From assembly GCF_009914755.1 (NCBI RefSeq), contig NC_060947.1: a stretch of 64,000 nt of DNA. One strand, written 5' to 3'. The stretch is from the human T2T-CHM13v2.0 reference genome, Homo sapiens. The notes beneath the pieces were generated by a model. It worked only from the letters and a program-made list of their open reading frames with translations, was not told the DNA's origin and searched no databases. The translations under genes were made by a program, and so were the position numbers. Below are positions 14,670-26,925 of the stretch, piece after piece; position 1 is the stretch's first letter; every line of letters begins with the position of its first letter.

Positions 14670-15770
14670 GCAGGACGGAGTCAGAGGCACAGAAGAGAAA
14701 ATAGAGAGAATCTAGAATAGAATTGTAAATTTCTTCTTTGAGCCAAAGCCATACTTTATTGACTATTAGAAAGTGTTCCAGGGGACTTTTTATTGTTCCG
14801 TTGGAAGAAGACTAGGATAATATATGATAATTAGCTTCTGGTGTAACAAGGTGTTAACTAAAAGTTTTGACTGAGGAACCAAAGTACAACATGCACTGTC
14901 TGAAATTGGGTTCCTTAGAAATACAGCCCAAGACAGAGATTTTTATGTGAGTAATTTGTTAAGAGAGTGCTTTCAGGAAAAGCCTGTAAGGGAGTGGAGA
15001 AAGTAAGATAGGGAAAGAGAGAGGCTAAACAAAAATGGTTTCAGGTGTAGTCTAGCCTCAGCTTGAAGCTTTGGGGAGCTCTGGAGCATGAATGGCACCA
15101 CAGAATCTGCCCACCATGAGGCAAGGAGGCAAGGCTTTTGTTCCTTCACATCAGACAGTCCTGACTCACCCTGGGCAGGGGAGTGAATTCCCAGGCACCT
15201 CCTAGCAAGGCCACTCCAATTGCCAAGGGCAATCCTCCAGAGATGGAGAAGGTTGCAGGTGACTGAACTATGCATTCACAGCAGCTGGTCAAGGGACCCT
15301 TGAGACCAATAACATCAGCAATGGGATTAGATTATAAATCAGGTTGTGAGGTAGACCATCACACAGCATTTGAAAAGAGTAAACAACTCTTAAACTTCTC
15401 AGACTCATCAAGGGGTTAAGGGTGTTGGAGCAAATCTTCACTTGTAGAAGAAAGCCAGAAAGACAGTGCCTCCTGTTGTGTTGTACAGCAGGTCAGACCC
15501 AGGGGAGGGAAATAAGAACCTTTAAATGAAGACTGAAGAGTTCATTATTATAGGGGACTGGACACTCTGACTGGAAACTGTGTTTGGAGATTTAAAGTGA
15601 CTGTAGACTTTGTGCTACTTGAATGTAAACATCAAAGTAATTGCATTTCTCAATTCTAACCCATGGGCCGGGGAAAAGGTAGCCCGACCTGAGGGAATTT
15701 TAAGAGGGCAATGGGAGACAAAATGTACATGCTTTGTGATGGTATCCAGCTAGTTTTGCAGAGCAGCGTT
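14670..15770 (+). mobile_element. Possible ancient Gypsy-like LTR, interrupted by an ERVL LTR
   Basis: ggactggacactctg...ttaaagtgactgtagacttt motif recalled from MamGypLTR/LTR85-type elements. Confidence 0.45.
14897..15320 (-). mobile_element. ERVL solo LTR (LTR16/LTR33 class)
   Basis: tgtctgaaattgggttcct...ggggagctctggagcatgaatggcaccacag. Confidence 0.7.
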
Positions 15771-16319
15771 CTCTCTCTACATAGAAGACAAATTATTCAT
15801 GTACTTAAAATTTGTGCCCACTATTTCTAGAATTGATCAGAACTGTCAAATTCAAGGTGAACATTTTTTATGTGTATATTTTAAAATTTTTGCTCCATAA
15901 TCTGCTTTTTATTTTAAAACGTCAAACTTGAAAATGCATTTGTGGAGAGGAGTAGAGGGAAGAACTGAGACTGGCCTTCCTGGGTTGCTGATGGTTTTCC
16001 AGCTCCCAATTTTTATCTTCCTTGAACTCCAAGAGATCTACTAGTATCCTTCTAATACACTTTTGCTTACTTAGCTTGAAAGAACTTCTGTAACTTACCA
16101 CCAAAATTTTTTAACTAAGGCTTGTTATATGGGAGTGTCTTAGAAGCAGTTATATAATTCCATGAATACTGTATGGAGGAAATGAAAAGGAGGAAGAGTT
16201 TAAGGACTTACCTTGAAGCTTTGTCTTCAGGGCAATCATAGTATTTTTACCTAATTTATCTTAACCTGTAGTACCTCTACGGATGAGTGGCTAATGGAAA
16301 TTATGCAGGCGCTAAGGGT

Positions 16320-16500
16320 ACACTTCCCAAGTCATCCTTGGGAGGTTAGCATTGTAAGACAGTGTCATTCTCCCCCATTTCACAGATGAGGAAGAAGAGA
16401 CTCAGAAACTTAAGTAAATCGACCAAGATTATATAGTGGCCAAGTGGCAAGGTCTGGAAGCCTAGCCTGTCTGACTCAAATGACCTTCCTTGTTCCTTCA
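16320..16500 (-). mobile_element. MIR
   Basis: cccatttcacagatgaggaa...gactcaga...tgtctgactc. Confidence 0.8.
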
Positions 16501-17569
16501 GTCCTCCTTCTCAGCATGCTGGAAAAACCCAGCTTTAGGGAGAAGTCACTTTCAATATGGCTGTTGTGTGCATCATGGAACAAAGCTTTTGTTTGGAAAG
16601 ATTTGAGTCTTTGGAGGAAGGTTATTTGTTTCTGTTCATGTAATGCAATTAGTCTGTTAAATGTAAGATGAGAATAAAATGTTTTCCTCTCTGTTCAGTC
16701 TATAAGCACACAGAGAACCAAGTCTACCAATGCTGACCCTACTGTGCATGGGGAAGCTCACCAGAAATAAAAACACTAATTTATTTCAGTCTAGTGATTA
16801 CTTTGGCTCTTCCCTTCTCTCTTAGAGTAAGTTGCTAAGAATGTAACATTGTGTCCTGACTGGAGGTTTGTTATCATTTTGCTTAATTAAATAACATTCT
16901 CCAAGGCATAGGGTTGTAATTGTTTCCTCCCTTTCTTATGCCCATTAGTTCAAATCCTCACCTTTATTTATAAAACATGATAGATTTTTTCCCCCTCTTA
17001 CTGCTGCTGCCACCATGGAAGATATTTCTTGTTCTTTGGTTTTCATCATATTAGAACAGATTCTCATTAAACTTTATGGCAATTACTTGTACAGCATTTT
17101 CAGGACTCATCTTTTCTCTTTAGCTGGCAAGATTCTTATCTTGGGCAATTTTCTCTGGAAGAGATTTTGATCATGTAATTTTAAAATTCCAGAAAATGAA
17201 GAGGGAGAAAATTATTATTATAAAGTTTTTCTTTTTAAACCAAGCAGCTGGCTTCATTATCATTTTTCCCTTGAGTGTATGTTGATGTAAATAGTAAGGT
17301 TTTGCATTCAAGAAAGTAATAGTTTTATATACAAGGTTCATCAGAGAAATAAAGGATAATAGTATCACTATCATGGGCATATTCATCTATAAATCCATGA
17401 GTGAGGGTGGGGACCCCAAATCTGACCTATATAAGTGTTTTATTCCACTTGGGATGAATTTCTTTGAACAAATTAAAAATCAAAATCTTGGGGAACGAAA
17501 TTTTATTTATTAAGTTTTGTATAAAACAGAAGAGTTATTTTGTTCAAGGTAGAAGGTACAAAGATAATA

Positions 17570-17790
17570 CCTAATAATAACGGTAAATATTTATGTGTCT
17601 GACCCTGTGCCCACTGTTTTATATGCACTATTCTAAAATCTCCATGATTCAGATATTATTGTTATGATCTCCTTTTTACAGTTGAGGTGACCAAAACTTG
17701 TAGATTGCTGAAAGCCCCATGCCTTTTAGTAGGCAGAATTGGGACTGCAACCTTTAACTGTCCAACCATTAGATCTTAACTACCTGTCTA
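17570..17790 (-). mobile_element. MIR
   Basis: aataataacggtaaatattta...cctttttacagttgagg. Confidence 0.7.
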
Positions 17791-18009
17791 CCCAGAATTA
17801 GAGAGGGGATTCTAGGGAGCCAACAAAGTTGGGAACTAGAAACCTTCTCTATGGTGTTATCCAATTAGAGAATGAGCTGAAAGGGGGTTACCAAAGAATC
17901 AGTTTGAGTTATTTTATTTGGGGAAGAGTCTAGAGATAGTAGTTATTTCATAAGGGGTAAGCACTCTAGGTTAAATTTTTCTAATCCAGGAATCTTTCAC
18001 AAATAGTAA

Positions 18010-18415
18010 CACCATGCATATTGCTACCTCAGGGCCTTTGCACTAGCTGTTCCCTGTGCCTGAATGTTCTTCACTAAGATATCAACATGGCAAACTCCTT
18101 TACCTCCTGGAAGTCTGGTCAAATGTCAACTCCTCAATAATCCTAACCTGACCATTTAAAGATTGGAAACTCCTAAACTTAGAACTTCTAATCCCCCTTG
18201 CTTTGCTTTTTTTTTTTTTCATAGCACTTAACACTTTTTAACACCCTTCTTAATTGACAACTATTATATCTATTGTTTACTGTTTTTCCCCACTATAATA
18301 TAAGCATTCCAAGGGAAGGGATATTTGTCTGTTTTGTTCACTGATGGAACCCAAGGTCCTAGAAGTGTTCCTGGCACATAGTAGACACTCAATAAATTTA
18401 GTCTGATAAATAAAT
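18010..18415 (+). mobile_element. L2a 3' end
   Basis: cctcagggcctttgcactagctgttccc...cctggcacatagtagacactcaataaat. Confidence 0.92.
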
Positions 18416-19228
18416 CGGAAAGATGCATTCCCAGGAATTATAAAGAAGCAACTGGGAAATAGGGGAAGTCAAGCATAGATCTTGACCTGAGAAGCTCAGA
18501 GATTTCAAGAATGTCACAGCAAAAAGCCTTTCCTTGGTTGGATTCTTCACTACCCACGCACCACACCTGTAGAAACAAACATACACATCCCTTCCCTTGC
18601 AAGGCAAGGACATTAAGGTATATTAGAGGAAACAATTCATTTTGGAGAAACTGCATCTATGTTTCTCTGGGAAAATGAACATAAAAGTTGTCTTCTCTGC
18701 TCTATAACTTAATTGTAACATGCGTAGTTGCTCTGGTAATCCATGTTGGCCTGCACACCAAATGAACTAAGTGGGGAGAGATGGAGAACAAAGAACTAGA
18801 AATAGCGTTCTTATCAGGAAAGCACCATCACTGTGAATTTATTGGCTCTTCCAAAGCAAAGTGTAATTTCTTTCACTCTCCATAGCTCTGAATGACTCTT
18901 CCAGCCAATACCATTGATTGCACCTTAATGCACAATGTAGAGCATCTGATAAAGACATCTGGGAGCTAACTGGGTTATAAGAAGGTATTAAGAGTTTGAA
19001 AGTAAAGTAAACCCAAGAGCTTTGGCCAGCAGGTGGTGAAAGACAAATGAGAAAAAGGTTAGAAGGGAAACAGGGTTCATCATGTTAGTTTTCAAACCGG
19101 ATTTTGAGATTAGCATTAACAGAAAGCAGATACCCCGGTGAAAATAGAGCACCACCTACAGCAGGTGCAAGAGCATCTGAAAAATCTTAATTGAAAGTTA
19201 CCAGCAACAGGTTTTCAACCACTTAGAA

Positions 19229-19810
19229 CGGGGATCAACAAACCGTAGCCTCTAGGCCAAATCTGGCTCGCCATCTGTTTGTGTATGGTCCATGAGCTAA
19301 GAATGTTTTTAATATTTTTAACTGGTTAAATAACAAAAGAAGATTAATATTTTGTAACACATGAAAATTACATGAAATTCAGATTTTAGTGTCCATAAGT
19401 AAAGTTTTGCTGGAACACAGCTACACTCATTCATTCCTGTATTGTCTATGACTACTTTTGTGCTACATTAATACAGTTGACCCTTAAGGAACATAGGTTT
19501 GAACTGTTCTGGACCACCTATGTGCAGATTTTTTTTCAACCAAATGCCAAATGAAAATATAGTATTCTTGGGATGAGAAACCCAGTTATATGGAGGGCCA
19601 ACTTTTCATACAGGCAGGTTCTGCAGGGTCAACTGCAGGACTTGAGTAGGCATGGGTTTTGTATAGCTGGAGATCTAGACCCAATCCCTCATGGATTTTG
19701 AGGGATGACTGTAGAGTGGAGTATTTATGACACCGTATGGACCACAAAGTCTAAAATATTTAATAAAATAGTAATATCTGCCCTTTACCAAAAATGTTTA
19801 CTTACTCCTG
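19229..19810 (+). mobile_element. MER58B interrupted by MER8
   Basis: Homologous to 13766-14099; perfect 8-bp TSD acttagaa at 19221-19228 and 19811-19818. Confidence 0.92.
19474..19711 (+). mobile_element. MER8 (TcMar-Tigger MITE)
   Basis: TA|cagttgaccctt...agggatgactg|TA, 238 bp. Confidence 0.9.
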
Positions 19811-21154
19811 ACTTAGAACTTAAGTTACTCTGCTGTTTTTGTAGTAGAGATGCAATATGGTTTCTTTCCTCCAGATAAATTTTTAAATAAAATAAATCTT
19901 ACTATAATATATTTATACCATAAAAACACAATACATCTTACATTTTTCTAATTTCACTGCTGCACAGCCTTGTTAAATGTCTCTCATCTTGAAAACAGCT
20001 CATCAGCTGGGAGCCACATATCTGGTGATGAATAATAAGTATTATTCATTAACTTAAGTAAGATTCCAATTTTATTGAGTTTTCCTTCAAATTGTTTTCA
20101 ATTTAATAAAACTGAACTACACCTAATAGAGAATTAAATGTCTGCATTTGCTGAAAAGTCAAAGCTGCTTTTTCTTCTAGACTTTCATTAGATTGTGCTG
20201 GAATATTTTTTAAGGCAGCAAGGGGTATATGTGCTATAAGACCTCTTTCAAATGAATTTAAACTTCTTGGATCATTACGGTGGGAGCAGAAGAAAGTGGT
20301 AATGAGGATGCAGCAGTCAAAGGAGTTCAGCCTTGTTTGTGGCTGTAAGTACACCTGAATGTTTCCATCTCTACCAGCTTGTGAGGACAAATATGGTTCT
20401 ATTAATATAGAGTACAAATATGGTTCTATTAATACTGGATTCCCCTTAGCTCCCAGCTTCCATGTGCTTATAAGGAAATGTCAGTGCCTTGCACATTTCC
20501 CCTCTCCAGGCACTTTGGGTGTCCTCAGGGATATCTTGCTGGTGCCCATTTATCAGGCTCAGTCTTGGCTTGCTGTGGCTTCCAGACAAATGGGGTCTCA
20601 CAATGCACATGTCCTAAATCTCCTAGGAGGGCTGTGCAGTGATGTTATTACACCAGGTGTAGCTGTCTCTGTCACCTCAGTGTTGCTAAGCTAGAGATTT
20701 GCTGTCCCTCTGGAACTTTCCATGACCGTGCCAGCCCTGACAGCCCTGTAGAGGTGTGTCATTGCTGCTCTCATGAGACAGATTTGCAGCTGCTGCTTCC
20801 AAAGGCTCATACCTGTGGAACACTTAATGTCAGTATCTAAGATGAAAAGGAGACTCAATCTGGGGCTGTCCCATAGCAAGCCTTCTTACAAACTAATGTG
20901 CCACAGAGTTTATGGAACCAGCATGTTCCACTCACACTCATGGCCCTTCCGCCTTTCCAGGTTCATCATACTACAAGTGTGGATGAGATCCCCCAGAAAG
21001 CTAAAACTATTCTCTTCTCCCACCCTCGGGCCAAGTTCTTGAATCTGGCTGTTTGTTCTAGAGTTCATCCTTATCTTCATTTCCTGGAAACTGGTCAGCC
21101 CTCCCTGCAATCCAGCCTTCTCTTAAGCCTCTGCAGTGTGTTGAATTCATCTAA

Positions 21155-21192
<38 letters not shown>

Positions 21193-21205
21193 CTCTATCT
21201 ATCTA
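21155..21205. repeat. (TCTA)n tetranucleotide microsatellite
   Basis: Direct read. Confidence 0.98.
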
Positions 21206-21566
21206 AACTCAAGTTGCAGTTAAGGTTAAGTATTCCTCCCTCCCACTTCCTAGTCCTCAAGTAAATATGAAAATACAAATGAATAAACATGGTGCACGTT
21301 GGGGGGTCCGGGGACACATTCTAGTTTCCATACTCTGGTATATAAAACTTTGAAAGCTGACCCAGTCAGGGACCCACGTTACAGAAAATTAAAAGATTTT
21401 TTATGAATTGAAATCTTGATTGTAGTCTATTATGAGTAAAATTATACATAACTTTTTATAAAAGTCCTATATTTTAAGAAAATGATATGGATAATACATG
21501 CCTTTATGATGCTTTTGATAGTTGTTTTCAAGTGGATGAAAATGATGTATTTAGTATGGTATTATT

Positions 21567-21970
21567 TTCATTCACTCATTGAAAAAATACTGGTTGTACA
21601 TCTACTCACTGCCAGGCACTGAGGATACTGGGAATACAAGAGGTCTCTGCCCAGATGGATCTCAAATTCCAGTGGGGGTAATGAACGAGTAAACAAATAC
21701 ATACATAATTTTCAGGTTAAGATTTTCATAAAGCAAATTAAAGCAGGGTAAAGGGATAGAGAGTGACAGCTGGAGAACGCTGTTATAAAGGTTGGAGAAG
21801 GAAGGCTTCAGTAAGGAACTAACTTTGGAGCCAAGACTTAAAGGAAGAAAAAAAAATGAGCCTTTTGCTGGCCTTAGAGAAGACGTGCAGAAGGAAAGTG
21901 TGTGAAAAGGCACTAGGAATAGGTTAGGAAAGAAGATGAATGGAGTTTCTAGGCCAGCACAGATGATCAT
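21567..21970 (-). mobile_element. L2 3' fragment
   Basis: ttcattcactcatt tail, tgccaggcactg...ctgggaataca. Confidence 0.8.
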
Positions 21971-22092
21971 TCCTTCAGGTCAACCTTCAATCTCAATCAC
22001 ACCCTCCTCCCTCTTTCCCTTTCAGAGAGTTTAAGCATGCTGCCTGAAACTAATCCAAGTGGTTCCTGCTACCCGACCCCCAGACACATACA

Positions 22093-22300
22093 AATAACCA
22101 TTTATGAAGATGTACTATGCTCCAGGTATTTGTACATAAGACATTCACAATATTTAAAATGATTCTTTGGAGGTGGGCATTTTTATCCCCATTTTAGGGA
22201 AATCAAGTGACTTGTCCAAGACCACACAACTAGTAAGTAGCAAAATAGGGGGTTGAATTCAAGTATGTTGAGCTCCAAAGTCTGGGCTATTTCCACCATT
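22093..22300 (-). mobile_element. MIR
   Basis: atccccatttta...aagtgacttgtccaagaccacacaactagtaagtagc. Confidence 0.88.
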
Positions 22301-23339
22301 TTACAAAGTTTTCAGTCTTGTCCTACCTCAACCTCTTTCCTCATATTACCTGTCTTCTACTAGATGTGTTCTGAGGCTTAAATAAAGACCCCTTTGACAG
22401 GAATAAGGAGGATGAGAAGAGAAGGCTTCTGAGGCAAGGAGCTGGGAAGGTTCCAGGCAGTTGTACTGATTCCACGAGTTTCTGGAAACCCCATTCCAGG
22501 CCCTAAGGGTGATCACATAGTGGGGAACCTTGCAGGAAGAAGCAAGGAAGGTCATCTGCCTCACTGGCCTCTTGGTATACTGGAGTTTGAGGGTCTGGAG
22601 AGTGGATATCTTATGTCCCACAAAGAAAATTTCTCTGGGGCAGGCAAGTTATGATGGAAGAGGGCCTGTGCAGTTGAATACCCTATAGACTTCCCACCTC
22701 TGCAGATCAGGTTCTTTATGACATTGATTCTATCATCCTCACTGCAGCACTTACGGGGGTCAATAGCTGAGAGTGTTCCATCTGCTGCAGTGAGTCCGCC
22801 AGGACCAGTGAATTCAGTGCCCTGAGCTTGGACCAGCAACTCTTCTACACAGGCAGAGGAGTGATCCTCCCACATAAAGTGTCATAGACATAGCAGGAGT
22901 AAGGGGCCTTTTCTTTCAGATTCTCAATAGGGAGATTTTATGGTTATGCAGGTCCAGACTCCTCAGGGATTGTGGTTGTTGGATAGAATCCAATATTCTC
23001 TTATGTGAATCCCCTTTAGGCCAATGGGCGGCACTTTCCCTATTACCTTCCTGAAAACAGGAATCCATTTTATGTTTGTAAAATACCAATCATGCTCTTG
23101 AAGTCTCTCATGTCTTCTGCCTCCAAATGGGAATCCTAATTAGTTATGTACTCATTATTCAATGAATGTAATTGTTCACAAATCCAATTGTTTACTCATT
23201 ACTCCTTTATTCCCATGTCCTTTGGGCCATCCCATTTAACTATCTAGCACAGAGAATGTAATACAACAGTTCTTATCATTTGCACAGGGATGTTCAGTAC
23301 TATAGGGGAAAAAAAATCGCACATTTGTGAAGATGAATG

Positions 23340-23750
23340 CAAGGGTAAGGTAACTGCTATGATGAAACACCCCCAAATTTTAACAGCTTACCATAATAAA
23401 AATTAGTGTCTCATTCATACTACAGAACAAAATGTATATTATCACTCAGATGACTCTCCTAGGAGTTTCCACTCCAAATGTTAACTCGGAAACCCAGGCT
23501 CCTGCTGTGTTGTGGCTCCTCCTTCTTCTAAGTCCTTGGAGTCATCTCTATTCAACCATTGAATGGAGAGAGAAAAGCCATATTTGTGAGGATTGTGGAC
23601 GCAGAATCAGGAAATGTGGTTATATCCCTTCTGTATATTCTTTTTGGTCTACACACAATCATTTGGCTGCACTGTAGGCTGGAAAATTCAGCCCAGCTGG
23701 CTACCCTATAGGAAAAGAAAGTGACTTGGTGTACAACTGGCCATCAACCA
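23340..23750 (-). mobile_element. Old MLT1 (K/L-like) LTR
   Basis: acccaggctcctgctgtgttgtggctcc; similar to 55975-56360. Confidence 0.6.
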
Positions 23751-23924
23751 TAAATCTGTGGTCTCCTAAGTCAACTGAGATGTTACCTTCCCAGCATTCT
23801 ATGTTACCCTAGCCAGCTCTTTCTCTTACTTAAGTTATTTCAAGTCTTAGTGTTTCCCAAATTTCTGACGCTACCATATTTCCCATTATTCTTTTTAAAC
23901 TAAAATATTTCAGACTACGAAAAA

Positions 23925-24180
23925 AAGTCTTTTAGAAAATACTCAGAAAAAAGCAATAAAGATACAACAATAAAATAATAACACAGTATAACAATGACAT
24001 AGCGTTTACATTGTATTAAGTATTATAAGCAATCTAGCAATGATTTAAAGTATATGGGAGGATGTGCATAGGTTATTTGCAAACATTGTGCCATTTTCTA
24101 TAAGGAACTTGAGCTTCCTTGGATTTTGGTATCTATGGAGATCTTAAAACCAGTCCCTCTCAGATACCAAGGAATGACTG
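23925..24180 (+). mobile_element. Tigger4-type (Zombi/MER46) fragment
   Basis: tttacattgtattaagtattataag...ggattttggtatc...ccaaggaatgactg|ta. Confidence 0.85.
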
Positions 24181-24199
24181 TAATACAAAGACAAGTGAA

Positions 24200-26925
24200 T
24201 CTTTTCAGATATCTTTCCCTGATTCACCTTTCTTTCTTAGGAAATGATCTTGTCTCTTATTTAGCAACAAATAAATAAATGAAAGCCCACCATATTGTAA
24301 TACCCCAATGTTCTGCAAACAATAATACAAGTTTCCCACTTCCATCACCATTCCTCCTGTTTTCTGTTGCCGCCAACAAGCAATGTCTCCCTTCTCCTTA
24401 GCCTACTCCCACCACTTGCTCTCTCTCTTCCCTATGATCAGAGACTTCACTCTTATCCCCTCTCTCTGTATATTCACTCTCTTCCTTCTATTTAACATTT
24501 AATTATCTTCAAGTCTCTTCCAACTTCCTACAAATACAAAAGCAAAACCCCATGGCTCTATTTGATCTCTTCTCTGTCTGCAGGCTCACTTTCCCCTTCA
24601 TAAAAACTCTTTGTGAAATGGCTGTCCACACTTACTGCCTCCATATCCTCACCTACCACTTATACTTTAACCCACTTTAATTTGGATTTCATCCCACTGC
24701 TCCAGGAAACCAATTCTATCCCAGGCTATTGTGACCATAAGCTCAAGTCAATGGCTATTTCTCAGTTCTTATCCTCTTTGTATGCTCAGCACATTTGATC
24801 CCATAGACCTCCCTGTTCTTCTTGAAACACTCTCTTTCCATGGCTTTCATGAAACTGTGTTCTGCTTTTTCTCCTATCAATGTCCAGATCTTTTTCAGTA
24901 TACTTGTCTTCTATAACTCCATAAATGACAATATTTCTTAATTGTTGTTTTCTAGATCATCTTCTCTTCTCCTTTTATATATTTTTCTTCAGTAACCTTA
25001 TACACTTCTTTGGATTCTTCCTTTTTCCCCCAAATGTCATTTTCTACTGGATCTTTGTCAGCACCGAGCTCAAATCTCTCCTACAAAAACCAAACAAAAA
25101 AAATGAACAACACAATCCACAACAAAAAAATCTCTGTCCACCCTTGCTGTGCCCTCCATCTCCTTTGCCATCCCTTCTCCTTAGCCAAATGTCTTGTTAA
25201 TTGTCCATACATGTACCTCCACTTCTTTACCTGCCACTTTTTCCTCAGCCCATTCTACCATACTGGCTCCTGCTCTCATCACTTCAACATCCCTCTCATA
25301 TCTCTGATTGTTCCATCTATGTTCCTTTCTGGGCTCATCTCAAATTATCTACTCTTTAAACATTGGGTTCTTAGAGGTTTGGTTCCAGGAATCCCTTTTT
25401 TTTCTATCAAGCTCTTCCTGCCCTTGGCTTCAGTTACTGTTTATATCCTGATGATATACAAGTTTATTAAATGTCCAGTAATATATCTTTTTTAGCCCCA
25501 AACTTGAATATCCAATTTCCCCCTCAGCTCTTCCACCTGGATATTTTAAATATTCTCCAATTCAATATTTGAAATTCTCATATTTTGTGTTTTTCTTTCT
25601 AAATCTGTATTTAGTTCCTTGGTGTTTCCTCTTTGAATGAATGGAATTATTCATTGATTCAAATATGCAAACCAATCCCTCTTCCCAAATTATTCTCAAT
25701 AATGTCTCATCCATTTCTCTTTCCCTCTAATCTGTCTTGTGGTCTTGTCAGTTCTGCCTTCCAAATATCTTCCAAATCTTCATATCTATAACACTCCTCT
25801 ATATATAGCTCATAACAGTTTTCCTTCCCTTGCTGCGATCCCTCCAAAATGAGTCCCATGCGAGACTGACTTTAGAGACCTTTAAACTAGATGCACCATT
25901 CCTAGAACATTCTCTGTTTCTACCTCATCCCTCACTTATGACCTTGAAAACTTTCTCATAATCCTGATCTCAGCTTTAGCATCCTTTTTTTTTTTTTTTC
26001 AGGGAATACTTCCTTGATTACTTAGACTGGATCAAATCTCTTTGTTACATACTCTTATGGCCTACTGCAATTTCTTTTGCAGTACTTAAGACAGTATATT
26101 TTTATTTGTGTGATTAGTTGACCAATGTTGCATTTTCTCCACCAAATTATACAGCCTGGTCTGTATTACTAACCGCCATATTCTTGGCATGTAGTACAAC
26201 ACATGACACATATCAGGTACTCAGTAAATGTTCAAGTACCAACTGTATGCTGTCAATTCCCAAAACTATCTCTGACCCAAGTCATTCTCCTAAGCTTCAG
26301 ATCAGTATGACAAAAACTCTTTACAGGGCATCTTTTACTATGTATCTCACTGGCATCTCAAACTTAAGAAATATCAAACCGTGCTTATCATCTCCTCCAC
26401 CCCATCCAAATCTCATTTTCCTCTGGGTTTCTGTCCTCTAAACCTTTCATTTGCCCAAATCAGACATCAACTATCACCTCTGGCCTTTTCTCCATCATAT
26501 CTCACTTCTGATAAAGGACCAAGTCCTACTCATTCTGTCTCCCAAAAATGTTTCCAATCTGTTCATTTCTACTCAACCTTATGGTCCCTAATATACTCTA
26601 GTTCAGGATATTATCATTGCTCACCTGGATAATAACAAAAGCTACATTACTGACCTCCCTCCTTCTGGCCTTGTGTTCCTCATAGACATTAACTTCCATA
26701 AACAGTAATCTGCCTAAAATAAAAATCTGATCATACATCTACTTTAAACCCCTAGATAGTTCCCTATCATGTAATAAGACTTATAACTCTGAAGGATCCA
26801 GTTCTTGCTTGGATCCCCATTATCACCTTTCATCCTTTCTTCCTTTATACTCTATTCTTCATTCATCTTAAACCACTTCATTTTATTGAATGTTCCCTGC
26901 TCTCTTATAGCTCCAGATCTTCTGC
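24200..26925 (+). mobile_element. Cluster of degenerate L2 segments
   Basis: Pyrimidine-rich L2 motifs cttcttgaaacactctct, ttccacctggatat, ggcatctcaaactta, caggtactcagtaaatg. Confidence 0.8.

Noticed and set aside
25010-25495. Longest ORF (161 aa)
   Set aside because: Falls in pyrimidine-rich decayed L2; no domain-like composition
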